64,000 bases of DNA, from assembly GCA_951406725.2 (NCBI GenBank), contig OX597841.1:8246001-8310000 (forward strand). Direction: 5' to 3'. Both the position numbers and the translations under genes were made by a program. The notes beneath the pieces were generated by a model. The model saw only the letters and a list, made by a program, of their open reading frames with translations. It did not search any database and had not been told where the DNA came from. This stretch comes from Octopus vulgaris (taxonomy: Eukaryota). Shown here one piece after another: positions 14,477 to 30,479 of this stretch (position 1 is the first letter of the stretch; each line of letters begins with the position of its first letter).

Positions 14477-16440
14477 GGAGAAGACCACTACACGTAATTT
14501 GAAGGAAGCCCTCGCAATATCTCTGACTCCCCTCTATCGTATCCAAGACATCAAAAATGTCCTCACCACCTTTCTTTCCTCTGACTTTTCAACTTAGAGA
14601 ACTATACCCAGGGCAGTGGTTGGAACTCTCATCCACCTTTCAAGAAACACATTAAAAGGCAACACCTTCTGCTCTGCCCTCACATTCATTTTCATATTGT
14701 ACTCCAAGAAGTCGAAGTGAGTTTGGCCAGAGAGGAGAGAACCACAAAACCGATTTCAATGCAGTCACCAAGCAAAGAAAGATTTACCTCCCTTGCTTCT
14801 CAAACGAAACAGACGGCTGTCAAATCCTCCTACTCTCTCTCTCTCTCTCTCTCTGCTACTCTTCTGCCTAACTACACTCAACGTGTAGCTTCTGTCCTAG
14901 CTCCTTGTTTCTTTTCATTATTGTCTTCTTTCTTCCTGTCGTCCCAACTCTGTCTCATAAGCCATTATAGTTCTGTTTGACCACCACATCAGCTACAACT
15001 TTTTCCAGGCCAGAAGTCTGCTAGTTGTCTCAAACAAACTCAGTTTCTCTCATTGTTCTAAGCCTCTCCCTTTCTGCTCAATCACAACTTCCTGCATTCA
15101 AACACCATCCAAGAGATTTTCATTCTACCATCTCTTTCTTCTGCAAATGGCCTTTTTCTCTCCTAATTCTTACTCTGAAATTAATAATCACCAACTGACT
15201 TTCAATGGTATATTTTTCACCAGGGAAATACTCGGCACGCATTGGTAACCATCTGCTTAAACTGTTTTCTGGTGATAATGAACACATTCTCGCATCTGTA
15301 TTTGCCTAGATTGCTAAGTGATGAGGTGCAGGTTATTTTCCACAAACTTTATATTCTAAGAAATTTACTCATTTCTGTCACAAAACTCCAGGAACTTTGA
15401 TCCCTCCTCCTTGCTCAAATGAACCTAGAGCCTCCATGTACACTAAGAGAAGGAAGAAGCCACCATCATACAGTCTGGCAGATCTGTTAAAATCATCGGC
15501 CATAATAATGATGCCACCATCGTTTGTCATCAAGACAGCCTGCAGGAGGGACTCACCATCATCATCCTTCAATGTCCGTTTTCTATGCTGGTATGGGTTG
15601 GACAGTTTAACAGGAGCTGGCCAGCTGACCACAGCTACCCTGACACCGTGTCTGTTTTGGCCTGGTTTCTACAGCTGGATGCCCTTCCTAGCGCCAACCA
15701 CTCCACAGAATGTACTGGGTGTTTTTTTTTTACATACCACCAGCATGGGTGCATTTACGCAGCACTGGTACAGGTGCATTTTATGTGGTAGCAGCAGCCA
15801 GAAGCCTGCAAGATGAAGAACACTCAGCTGGAGAGGGACGCAGGGGACACGCCTGTATGCAAGGACAACCATGCTTTAACTTGGTTTGACATGTCCTCTC
15901 ATACAATCAGGGTTCCAGTTCCTCTGCCAGAGTTCTCTTTCTGCTGGGTCAGCTCTTCTTTTGCCCCTCACTAATCCAACAGTGAATAGCATCTTGTGAT
16001 TTTGGTTAATACAACTGCTTCCCTTACTTTGTGCAGTCCTTTACAAACAACAAACCAAATAACACACTCTCCATCTTTAATAAAGGTGAAGGGTAAAGAG
16101 CCCCTTTGGTATTGCACCTAGAAAGTTACCCTCTGGGGCACAAAGTCCAGGCAGGATGGTTTTATGCATACCAGTCCCTCCTCTCCATAGGGCCAGCCCC
16201 TTTGGTCATGAATGACTAAGGGATTACGGTAGAATTAACAAATTTGATGTCATACAAACACAGAGGCATTGCACACCATATTGCAGTACTGCTCACATAC
16301 CCGGGGTGGGGCTGCTGTCTCACACACACACAACTGTGTGAGCAACGTTGAAATATGATCTAGGATGTGTGTGTGTGTGTGTGTGTGTGTGTGACAGCAG
16401 AAGTGTCCCAAATATGTAAACAGTTCCATAATGGGGCCTA

Positions 16441-16484
<44 letters not shown>

Positions 16485-16888
16485 ATGTGTGTGTGTGTGT
16501 TTATGTGTGTGTGATTGTGCAACAGCAGACCTGTTCCAGGTATGCTAGTAGCCCATCCATTCTCCCTGGCTGCCCCCTCATGGGGCCAATGTCAATGTCT
16601 GCTGCACTCAAGTCTGGGAACCTGATTGACAGGAATGAAAGGCCAGCTTCTTACACTTTATTCGAAGATATCGATCTGCTTTGGTTGGGTTTTTTTTTTT
16701 TCATAATCTTAAACAGAAAGTGGTGTACAAATGCACATTCATACACACACACACACACACCTCAGCAACACATGCCGGATGGCACCAAAATTTGGTCATA
16801 AACAGAAACAGGTACTCACATCTCCAAATGTCTGGAAGGAGGTGCATCCTGGAAAAAGAAATAATGATAATAATAATAAATAATAATA

Positions 16889-16942
<54 letters not shown>

Positions 16943-16950
16943 GTGATGAT

Positions 16951-19065
<2,115 letters not shown>

Positions 19066-19514
19066 TTCTGCTCAATACCACAGACTTGCTTGTCAGTTAC
19101 TTGACTGTAACTAGTTGAGCATGCCCCTTGGTGGCTGAAGATATGTGCATCTCTGATCACGAGCAGAAGTACTGTGGTGGGGGTCTCATAGCCATGTGTT
19201 GAGAGGGATTCTTTGGGGTTTGAATAATTCACCTGTGGAAAAGTGGGTATTTTGCTCATCATCTTTGAAACAAACCTTATTCAGGGACCTTTTGAGCAGG
19301 ATTGGATACTCAACCAGCAGAAAATTCTAACTGGGCCCCACCTGCAAGGTCATGCGCTGTTTATCTTGATATGAGAACACCATGTCGCGCACATATGGTT
19401 GTGATGCATGTGCCTGATGTACCCTTATCAGATGGGTAGTCATGATGGGTTTACTGGGCTTTGTATATTTTACCCCAGTGTCACTTTGATGGCTTGCACT
19501 ACTCTCTAAATCAA

Positions 19515-19550
<36 letters not shown>

Positions 19551-19983
19551 TAGTGGTAGTAGTAGTAGTGGTGGTGGTGGTAATTGCTTCTCGTGTGTTT
19601 TAGAGTTACATGAAATGAAGTGTGTTGTTCCCTGGCAAATGACAGCCGCTGACACAGACAGATATTTATAAATAGACAAACAAGGAAGTGAAAATGAAAT
19701 TTGAAGGAAAAAATAAAAAGCAACAACAGTGAAATGATTGAAAAGAATATTTGAAGAGAGGGAGAGGGGAGAGAGAGGGAGGGAGAGAGAGGAAGAGAGA
19801 GAGGGGGAGGTAAAGAATAAGGCAGAGTAGAGAAAAAGCAAAAACAAAAAAAGTAACAGAACTGAAATGGGAAGCTGAATGAAGAGTCGGACTTTCCAAG
19901 CCTGCCATCACAACAATACAAACGAGATATAAAGCTGAGAGGTGCAGGGGTGGCTGTGTGGTAAAAAGCTTACTTCCCAACCA

Positions 19984-20083
19984 NNNNNNNNNNNNNNNNN
20001 NNNNNNNNNNNNNNNNNNNNNNNNNNNNNNNNNNNNNNNNNNNNNNNNNNNNNNNNNNNNNNNNNNNNNNNNNNNNNNNNNNN
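19984..20083. other. assembly gap (100 N)
   Basis: Exactly 100 N; the left side ends within the 5' part of a SINE. Confidence 1.
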
Positions 20084-20819
20084 TTGACAACTCGGCACCG
20101 GCCATTGGACGGGGAGATGGGGGGGGCGTTTTGTTCGTATATATGTGTTTTTATACATATATATATGTGTGTGTGTGTGTATATATATATACATATATAT
20201 ATGTATATATATATATGCATACATATATATTCCTGCATATATATACATGTGTATATATATATGCATATATATCTATTCATACATATATATGCATATATAT
20301 ACATGTAATATATATATATAAAATGGTGGTGCCCCAGCATGGCCACAGCTCATTAGCTGAAACTGGAAAAATCAAAATCAAAAATCAAAATATATTCATA
20401 CATATACTCACACACACATATATATATATTCATATATATATGTATGTATATATATATATGTATCTATATATATATGTATGTATGTATATATTCATACATA
20501 TACTCACACACACTCACACACACATATATTTAATATATATTTATATATATATAATTTCTGAGGTCATCAATGGAATATTCTTAGGAGTGGTCAAAGATGT
20601 TGGGTTCTTGTCAGAAGATGACCTTTGTGAATCTTTTGATTTGAGGTCATTTTATTCATCTTTCACAGTTGGTATGGTGTGTCCTTATTTACTCACACAT
20701 ACACACACACACAACACATATACACCTCTACATGCACGTGTATACAGACATCCACACACGCATACATTTGCACACACACATGCATAGATCTACATATATG
20801 CATACACACATACACATGC

Positions 20820-20860
<41 letters not shown>

Positions 20861-21395
20861 CATATGCACAGATATATATAAGCAATTATATGCATACGCA
20901 TATATATATATACACACACACATACATATACAGCCTCTTACTCTTTTCCTTTCCACCCTTTTCTTTCTTTTTCACTTTTGTTGTACTTTTTGTTTTCTTT
21001 TATTATTGTTTTTATATCATTTTTTATATCAGTTTTTATATTTTTTTATTTTCTATTCATATTCTTATAAGAAAAAAAATCTTTTGCTCTATAAACAACC
21101 TTCTAAACCCCAGAATTTCAGTTTGAAAATGGCTATTGAAAAGCTGGAAACTCTTTGGAGTAACTGTAAACATTACCATTAAAATAAAAATTATTCCCCC
21201 ACAAAGCCATCTCTACTCATTTTCTCAAATATATTATTCTGCACCAAGAACTCCATACACACACATATACATATGTATGATGAGAATCAGATATTCTTCG
21301 TGTAGAATATACTTTGTAATGCTCAAGGGGTTTCAACTGAGCACAGGTGGAGGAGTAAATGTAGGGCAAGCATTTGGCTTATCCTTAGATTTACT

Positions 21396-21451
<56 letters not shown>

Positions 21452-22502
21452 TGTATAAGTATGTGTCCATGTACTTGTGTATATCCATGGAGTGTGTGTG
21501 TGTGTATCATTACCATCATCATTAATGTAATGTCCATTGTCCATTATGTAACGTTCGTTATGGCATGATTGCCATGGCTGGATGCCCTTCCTAATGCCAA
21601 CCACTTTGAGAGTGTAATGGGTGCTTTTACATGCCACTGGCACGGGTGCCATTTGTGTGACACCAGCATCTGCCACGGCTACAATTTTCCTTGGCTTCAT
21701 GGGTCTTCTTCTCAAGCAAAGGCCTCAATCTTTTGTCGTTGCATCCATACATGTATGTGCATGTGTGTATACATGTATATATACACAAATACATATACAT
21801 TATGTATGTGTGTGTGTGTGTATATATATATATGTATATAATGATATATATATGTCCACATGTGTATATACACACGTACACACTTGTTCATCTAAGTACA
21901 ATTGAGACCCTGAAGCCATGTTGTTTATGTCTACTGGGCCCCTGCATACAATCTGCCATGAACCCTCCCCCACAACTTGTCTTCCTAACCCCTGTCACCC
22001 TGCATTTTCTCTCACCCTCTTCACACCTCTCTACCACTTTATATTCAACTCCCCCCACCCCCTGTGACTTGGGGGTACACCCTGACACACCTTTGTCCCC
22101 ATCTCTCTCTCTCTCTCTCTCTCTCTCCCGATGTGCCTCTTCCAACTGTAGTGGCCGCGTATCTCCTCCGCAGCAAGACCCCTCTTTTGGTCCCCCCCTT
22201 CGCTCTCAAACTCTCCTCACCTGGCACAAAGCCCCAACAACACAACTCCACTCTCCGTTGTGGTGGCCATGTCTTGTAAGTTACTCGGTGACCCTGCTGG
22301 TGCCATGTAGAAAGCGTCCAGTCCACTCTGTGGTGATTGGCATTAAGGAAGCCATCCAGCTTTAGAAACCATCGCAAACCCGAGAGTAAAGCTTAGTGCA
22401 GCCCTCTGACATGCCAGCTCATCGAACCATCCAACCCATGCCAGCAGGGAGAATGGAGCTTCAATGATGAGGATGCTGATCGTTATATGTACATTATATA
22501 TA

Positions 22503-22872
22503 GGTGCAGGCATGGCTGTGTGGTAAGAAGCTTGCTTCCCAACCACAGGGTTGTGGGTTCAGTCCCATTGCATGACCTCAGGCTGTCCAATGCCTTGTGA
22601 GTGGATTTGATAGACAGAAACTGAAAGAAGCCTGTCATATATATATATATATATATATATAATGTATGTATGTGTTGTGTCTGTGTTTGTACCCCACTAC
22701 TGCTTAACAACTGATGTTGGTGTGTGTATGCCCTTCCCTGTAACTTAGTGGTTCAGCAAAGCAACCGATAGAATAAGCACTAGGCTTACAAAGAATAAGT
22801 TCTAGAGCTGATTTGTTTGACTAAAGGTGCTGCTCCAGCATGGCCACAGTCAAATGGCTGACACAGGTAAAA
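22503..22872 (+). mobile_element. tRNA-derived SINE (second family)
   Basis: ggcatggctgtgtggtaagaagc A-box-like, gggttcagtccc B-box-like, internal TA/TG tract, tail aaaggtgctgctccagcatggccacagt. Confidence 0.8.
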
Positions 22873-24492
22873 GAACACACACACACGTGTATCTGTGTAG
22901 GTGTGTATATATCTATGTGTGCATGTCTTTGCGTTTGTCTCCCACAACCACTCGGCAACCAGTGTTGGTGTGTTTACATCGATGTGACTTAGCGGTGGGG
23001 CAAAGGACACTGACAGAATAAACAGGAGGCTTTACAAAAATGAGTACTAGCTGTGGTCAAGTGAGAGAAATAAGTAAAAGATAAGAGAAAAGGTAGGAAG
23101 GGCATCCAGCCATAGCAACCCTGCCTAATCAAATTGGAACCTGGTGCAGCCCTCCTGTTTACCAGTTTCAGTCAAGTTGTCCAACCCATGCCAGCATGGA
23201 AAGCAGACACTAAATGATGATGATGATGATATATATATACTTGGGAATGGTCGTATTTTGCCAATTTGTTTTTCGGTTGAGTTTATTAATATTTTAAGAG
23301 GAGACACATGGGATGGAGAGTGACTGAAGAGGTCACAGGATGTGTGAGGAAAGAGCTGAGATGGAAAATAATAAGAATGAAGGGAAGAGTGCATTTGGTT
23401 AATTGGCAAACATATGACCATCCCCAAGGATAACAATGTCTGTTTCAACACACAATTTCACATCAGGAATCTTGTGAAACAATCAAATAAATGTGTGTGT
23501 GTGGATAGCTTTGTTAGATATTGTAGAATTCATGTTGACTGCAACTTCGTTTCATCAACCAGTCACTGTTCTGTTGTCATTCTTTATCTTGCTTAAAAAT
23601 AATGACTTCATTTTAATTACACACACACACACACACACAGGTGTTTGCTAAGCTTGTTACAATGCAGAAAATGTATTTCTTAAAAGGTTATTGAGAGAGA
23701 GAGAGAGAAATCTCTGGCTTCTCATCTCTTGTATTGCATTGTAAAGATCTTCCAGAAGCAAACCATTCCTTATGCTGCATTGCTTCGGCCCAAAACCTGT
23801 GCTCTGTCATATATGCATGCACAAGTGCCTTTTCTAATCTGTGTTTCTATGTTCATGCTTGCCTCTGCTTCTACGCGCATTAGATGCTGTCGATAGGCTG
23901 AGAGGGACTGACGTTCCTTCCAGGAGGTAGATTTTACTTCACTTCGCTTCATCACGCCTTTCCTCAATTTTTCTGCTGAAATTGGTATTGTTGTTGAGAG
24001 ATGCACAAGGTCACCTTGGAATGTTACTGTCCTATGTCTGCTTTCCTATCCAAGGCATGTGTGTGGTCTGGTCTCTCTCTCTCTCTCTACTTTTTATTCT
24101 TCACTATTCTACAGACAAAGGACACACGGACACACACACACATATATATCTCCTCACTTTAGCTCTACAATACGACTGTAAGTTGTGTGATGACATTAAT
24201 GGCCAGGTACCAGCTGATGGTATGGTGATGGTATGGAAGTGATAACATGATTGTGTATCACAGGATGGTATGGTGATTGGAGGTGGGTGGATGGCTGAAA
24301 GTAAGGTGGTAGTACGAGGCAGTATGGAGAGAGAGAGAGTAAGGTGATGGTATGTGATGTGTTTATGGTATGCAAATGGTATGATGAGGGTATGGTATTG
24401 TTACAGTGATGGTATGGCTTTGTTACATGACTCTCTCTCTCTCTCTCTTTTCTCTGCCCTCTCATCGTTTCTCTTCCCATCTTCTTCTACAG

Positions 24493-24569
24493 CAACACCC
24501 ATTCTTCAGACACATCAACTGGAAGGATCTTGCCGATCGCAAAATCGAGCCCCGTTCCGGCCTAATATT
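24493..24569 (+). CDS. RPS6KB1: p70 S6 kinase exon (start of AGC tail), 1-bp frameshift as assembled
   Basis: Pyrimidine tract plus CAG, QHPFFRHINWKDLADRKIEP/PFRPNI, GTAAGT donor; 77 bp, one C short in a C-run. Confidence 0.9.
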
Positions 24570-25462
24570 GTAAGTAACAGCTAAATTTGAAGTCTGATCT
24601 CCTTGTTTGGATGTGTGTGAATGAGGGGGAATGATTTTGTGGTTAAGAAGCTCGCTCTGCTGCAAACTATGTGCTTCTGGGTTCAATCCCATTAACTGGC
24701 ATCTTGGGGAAGCGTTGTGCAACATTGGTGGTGAGCTTGTCAGAGAAATTGGACACAATTCTCTGGAAACTGTGGAGAAGCCCGTCGGAAGAAATGTACC
24801 TGTAAAACAAAGACTAAGCTTGTTTCACCTGCATACTGTCTTTCTGCATGAAATAGAAGCTATGGAATACTCGACCACTCTCGGGTAGAGGGAGATGAAA
24901 TATTGTTCAGATGCAATAACCAGTTCAGCCGTTCCATCATAGAGGGATGGATGAATGTTATAAATCACTTTGGGGGGCTAAAATATTGCTTGGGAGGCTG
25001 TTTCTCAATCATTTTTTTTTTACCTAGGGACTCTTTTGATTGCTATCTTTCTCTGGTCGACCCTTTTAGCCATCCGATGTTTAAAAAATCATATTATATA
25101 TTTATTATTAGATATTATCAGGAATTGCTTTAAAAAAGATTGTGGAAGCAAAACCAATTTGTTGCCTGTAAATTTTTAACAACAAAATCTTTTGTGGCCC
25201 CTACAGGGAATCCATATGGACCCTGGTTGCAAACCACTGCTGTGAGGGAAGTATAGGGCTAAAGGTGGAAGGGACACAACTGAATTACCACCCCTGATAT
25301 ATGAATGTGAGATAACAGATGGGTTTCTATTTAAAAGTGTCGTTTTGTCGGTGGCCGATTGAAAAGCCTGGCAAGAAGATGGCTGCTGCTTCTGTTAGCT
25401 GAGCAGGATGAAAACCTCTTGAAAGATCTCATTACGAATAAGATATCATATATATTTATATA

Positions 25463-25830
25463 GGCACAGGCATGGCTGTGTGGTAAGAACCTTGCTTCCC
25501 AACCACATGGTTCCAGGTTCAGGCCCACTGCATAGCACCTTGGGCAAGTGTCTTTTACTATAGCCTCAGGTCGACCAAGGCTTTGTGAGTGGATTTTGGC
25601 AGATGGAAACTGAAAGAAGCCCATCATATATATGTGTGTATGTCTGTGTTTGTTCCCACCACCACTGCTTGACAACTGATGTTGGTGTGTTTACATCCCC
25701 ATGACTTAGCAGTTTGACAAAAGAGACCAATAGAATAAGTACCAAGCTTAAAAAATTAGCACTTGACTGAAAATCCAAGGTGGTGCCCCAGCCTGGCCAC
25801 AGCTTAATGACTGAAACAAGTAAAAGATAA
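25463..25830 (+). mobile_element. tRNA-derived CORE-like SINE, full length
   Basis: A/B boxes, ccttgggcaagt CORE-like motif, tail ggtgccccagc...gactgaaacaagtaaaag. Confidence 0.8.
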
Positions 25831-26099
25831 AGATATATGAGGGCACATGGCCTAATGGTGAGGGTGTTGCACTCGTGCCGGGGTCTGCCCGGAGTTGGCC
25901 CTGAATGAGGACTTTTGCTACTATTCATAGAAAAGGTGCCAGGGAGAAATTCTAAGAGCGAAGGCCAAGGAGAATCGCAAAGAAGTTCCTGAACAAGTTG
26001 AAGTATCCGAGTGAACGGGGACAATTTGGCTCTTCTCAGCTGAAAAGAACTTCTACCAGGAGAGGTTGCATGACACCCAGAAACAGCAGGGTTGTTGCC

Positions 26100-26682
26100 T
26101 ACAAACAATTTCATGCCCCTTGTATCATGAAAACCAAGTTCCCTAAACTGTGATGGGCTCTGGGTGTATCTCCAGTTAGGGTGAGATGTCCTGCATCTTT
26201 GGAAAGGGTTTAAAGGTTCAATTTAGACAGCAATGTAAACATACTGGAGATGATTGTCAAAGCCTGGCAGGAGAGGCTTGGTACTGGAAGGCCATATGTG
26301 TGTGGCAGAAGGATTTGGCTCTTTGCCATCCCCCTGGAAACAGTCAGAAGTAGTTATCAGAGAAATTTTATGACTTGTCCAGCCCCAGTTTTTGGCCCTG
26401 CCTAATTAATTGTAATCCCATGGGTTACTATGTGTGGGGCACGGTTGAGAAAGACACCAGCAGCTCTTCCTGTAGCACCTTGGCCAACATAGTAAGGAAC
26501 GAATGTGCCAGGTTCCAGAGCCATCTTGAGGCCGTGATGGAAGCTGAGTGAAGCTACTCTGAAGAAGCTGTTATCACCCAACCATAACCTAGTTGATAGT
26601 TGGCCAGTTTTGTTTTCAAAATGCTTTTATTTTTCCCTGGGATGTTGTGTTTTCTTGCCCTTCCATGCAAACTTCCTCTATA
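26100..26682 (+). mobile_element. decayed Tc1/mariner transposase fragment
   Basis: Broken motifs MKTKFP, GRPYVW, FWP...CNPMGYYVWGTVEKDT and RFQSHLEAVMEAE. Confidence 0.65.
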
Positions 26683-26773
26683 TATATATGTGTGTGGATG
26701 TATGTATATTTTTATATATATATGCTGTGTGTATATTACTCTATATGTTCCTGTTTTTTGTTTTTTTAACCAG

Positions 26774-26881
26774 AGTGGAGATGAAGATGTTAGCCATTTT
26801 GACAGTAAATTCACCAGACAGACCCCTGTCGATTCCCCTGATGACACCATTCTTAGTGACAGTGCAAACGAGTTATTTCTG
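26774..26881 (+). CDS. RPS6KB1: p70 S6 kinase exon (turn motif)
   Basis: 108-bp exon SGDEDVSHFDSKFTRQTPVDSPDDTILSDSANELFL with CAG/GTTAGT boundaries. Confidence 0.95.
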
Positions 26882-27549
26882 GTTAGTATGTCCATGCATG
26901 CCACCCTATCTACACGTCTGTCTGTCTGTCTGCCATTCTTGTCCCTCTGTCTCCATCTCTCTGCCATTCTCTTTGCCTCCCTCTGTCTCCATCTCTCTGC
27001 CATTCTCTTTGCCTCCCTCTGCAAGGATTTCTCTGCCAGGCTATCTTCCTGTCTCTCTGTTTGTCTATCCTTTCTTTCTCAATCTGCTTATCTGTCTGTC
27101 TGTTTGTCTTTGTCTTCCTTCCTCCACCCCCTTCATCCTTCCCTTCCTTCCTTATTTGGTTGAAGTATTCTTAGATTTTCGGCAACAACCTCCAAGGGTT
27201 TACCTTATTGTTGTTTGCTTTTACATGACCAGTTCCAAACCTCATCCACACACCTCAACTAACAGCAAACTGGACGTTTTACACTTTCTGCCTCTTATCG
27301 TTAGCAACCATATATTCTATGCAAACCACACTACAACCTAAGAACCAAGATTTTTCTGAAATCTTAATTATTTCACTTTTGGTAGTTTTCAAAGAATCAG
27401 GTAATTTCCGGTTGATAATATTTTCCTTAGTTCCTTGGCAGTGTCCCTAAGAGCCATTTATTTGTACTCCAGACGACTCGGGGCTTTCCTGGTATTTGGC
27501 CAGAGTGTTTCAGAGGAATGTTTCTTAATCTTAGGTCATTAATATTATT

Positions 27550-28270
27550 AAGGTGGTGAGCTGGCAGAATCGTTAGTACGCTTGACGAAATGCCTAGTGG
27601 TATTTCAACCACCCCTACATTCTGAGTTCAAATTCCGCTGAGATCAACTTTGCCTTTCATCTTTTCGGGATTGGATAAGTTAAGTAGCAGTTGCATACTG
27701 GGGTCAATCTAATTAACTGGCCCCTCCCCACAAATTTCAGGCCTTGAGCCTATAATAGAAAGGATTATTATTTTTATTATTATTATCATTATTATTAAGG
27801 TAGCAAGCTGGCAGAATTGTTAGTGTGCTGGGCGAAATGCTTAGCAGTATTTTGCTTGTCCCTACATTCTGAGTTCAAATTCTGCCGTGGTTGACTTTGC
27901 CTTTCATCCTTTCAATTAAATAAGTACCAGTTATGCACTGGGTCAATACAATCGACTTAATCCCTTCCCCTCAAATTTGAGGCCTTGTGCTTCCAGTGGA
28001 AAGGATAATAATAATAATAATAATAATTATAATTATTATTGTTATTATTATTATGGAAGCAGGGAAATGGCAGAGTAGTTAGTGTGCTGGACAAAATGCT
28101 TAGCAGTGTTTCGCCTGGCGCTAGGTTCTGAGTTCAAATCCTGCCGAGGTTAACTTTACCTTTCATCCTTTTGGGGTTGATAAAATAAGTACCAGTTGAA
28201 CACTGGGGTCAATGAAATCAATTCATCCTTTCCAACAAGACTGCTGCCCTTGAGGCAAAATCTGGAACCA
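27550..28270 (+). repeat. three head-to-tail SINE copies separated by TTA/TAA repeats
   Basis: Same unit as 6077-6780. Confidence 0.8.
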
Positions 28271-28302
<32 letters not shown>

Positions 28303-28726
28303 GGTATTAAATAATGGTCGGTGTTGATGTTGTTGACTTTGTCTCGCAAACCGAAGAGACTGACCCATTTAAGGCTGGTCTTAAACTGTGGCTTTCTGTG
28401 GGAGGAACTAGGGTGTTGGTGGCGGTAGTGTATACAATATAGGGATGGGAGAGCAAGAGGGTGGGGGTGAGTTGGAAATGAATGAGTGGAAGACAGGATG
28501 GTCACAGTTGGAACATCTATGATCATAGGTTTGCTGGAGTTAAACAACAAGGAAGGATACATTAAATGATGTTCTCCTAGATACACTATGTCTGAATAAA
28601 TCTAAATAGACATTTCAGTTTTTATGCGAGGAAAAAGGGTTTAGGGCGGGGAAGAAGGGTTTGGTCTCTGATTGTTCTTCAAGTTCTTAAATAATTTTCT
28701 TCTTTTTTCTTCTGAACTGTTTCCAG

Positions 28727-28821
28727 GGTTTCACATATGTGGCGCCATCTGTCTTCACTGAATTACTCAAATCAAAGTCTCCACGTCGTCAACTGATGGC
28801 TGGTTTCCGTGGACCAACAAG
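28727..28821 (+). CDS. RPS6KB1: p70 S6 kinase exon (hydrophobic motif and start of autoinhibitory tail)
   Basis: 95-bp CAG/GTAAAG exon GFTYVAPSVFTELLKSKSPRRQLMAGFRGPT; completes the FLGFTYV TORC1 site. Confidence 0.95.
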
Positions 28822-28913
28822 GTAAAGCTAAATCCACCACCGTGTATATAACATGTGTATATCTCAGTTTCTCCCTTCAAATATTCATTTATTTATACAC
28901 ACATGTATGTTTG

Positions 28914-28950
<37 letters not shown>

Positions 28951-29299
28951 AGAAAGAGATACATATGTATAGGAGAATAATCTTATAGCTTTGTTTTATA
29001 ACTTTGTTAAACCGAAGAATAAAAATAAAAGTATATATGTATACACATACACACTCATATATATGTATAGATATGTACAAATACATGCAGATATACATAC
29101 ATATATGTATAAGATATGTACACATGCATATATATATATATATACACACACACTCACACACACATATATACATATACATACAGACATTTACAGGATAGAA
29201 AAGCAAAACTTGGAAAAGCCAAAAAGAATTTGGAAATGTTTATTTGTAGATTGAAGGGTCAACATTAAGCAAGATTATTTATCCTTAAGTTATTGCTGC

Positions 29300-30314
29300 C
29301 AATAATAGAGAGTCTGCTCTAATGTGACCCCCAATATTGTCTGTCACCAATTGGATATGGCATCTGAAGTTTGGGCAATTTGGCCCATTCTTTCTTCAAA
29401 ACCTGCGTGAGGTGTTCAGTGCTAAGATGACAAACTCTGTTGGTAGACTGCTCTAAAGTGCCTCAACTAGAACAGTCCAGTGGATTCAAGTCGGGACTGG
29501 AAAAAGAGCTACGAATCAGCAAAATTGTCCCTTCATTGCTTTTGTACTTCCTTTGCTGTATGAGCAGGTGTTCCATCCTGAATCTACATATAATTACGTT
29601 TAGGGTAATTAGCTAATTAGGCTAAAGCAGGACATGCTATCTTCACGCTTTGTAATAGACATCAGCACCGATTCTATCAGGAGAATGTAAAAAATGTTGG
29701 GCCATTGTTTTTCTTTTGTCATCTGATGCCACAACTGCCTCCCCTGAGCAGGATGCTTTGCTCTGTAGACACCCTTCACTTGAGATAGTGATTCAACAAT
29801 AAACCAATCGTTTCGTCTGTTCACAACAGAATCCACAGTGAAGATTTTCTCGTCAGAAACTATTTTCCACAGTGGATCCTGACCTCTTCAGGAAGGCACA
29901 ACACTTTTTTGCTCTCTCAAGCTTCCTGACTTTCATTGAATCGGTCAGGGTGTCTTGGAGTTGGCACAAAATGTTGCAGGATTCAATCACAGTGAACAGT
30001 ATTTCTAACAGTCTTGGTATCAATTTTCATTTCAGTTGTCAGTTTTGTCAGAGATGTGGTTGGATCCTTTGAAATTTTAGATTTGAGGGCCTTCAGGTAT
30101 GCTGGATCTCACTTGTTATTGGTTGCTTCAGTTTCTTCTGAATACCTCTGGTGTTATCCAAATAGTTCTTGATGTCGTAAACTGTGCTTAACGACACATT
30201 AACCAACTCAGAAATTTGCTTGATGGTCATCTCCTGCCCAGAGCAAATCAGCAATGCATTGTCTCTTTGCTCATTGAGATAACAACAGAGTTGGACTTGC
30301 ACATGAGAAACCAA
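29300..30314 (-). mobile_element. decayed Tc1/mariner transposase
   Basis: HTH-like ISELVNVSLSTVYDIK, SDEKIFTVDSVVNRRND, KHPA, QDGTPAH and SSPDLNPLD motifs with stops and frameshifts. Confidence 0.75.
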
Positions 30315-30479
30315 TTGAAGTTGTTACTACGAGATTTAATACTGAAGATAAGATTATAAAATTTGTTAGAGTGAGAAGCTCTGGATCTCAGCTATTGACT
30401 CTCCCTCCCTCCCTCCCTCTCTCTATATATATATGTGTATGTGTATATAGTTATATGTTATTCAATTAAAGGTTACAAC

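Noticed and set aside
16531-16680. Possible S6K 5' exon (minus-strand FPDLSAADIDIG...; plus-strand LFEDIDL resembling a TOS motif)
   Set aside because: The donor is weak, the phase does not fit the 12146 exon and there is no clear homology; the FEDIDL match is on the wrong strand for the adjacent exons.
22503-22575. tRNA-like A/B boxes
   Set aside because: This is a SINE head with no complete cloverleaf; no true tRNA gene was identified in the window.
26554-27341. Overlapping 156-243 aa ORFs
   Set aside because: Only the 108-bp S6K exon is coding; the rest is low-complexity intron with a 36-bp duplication.
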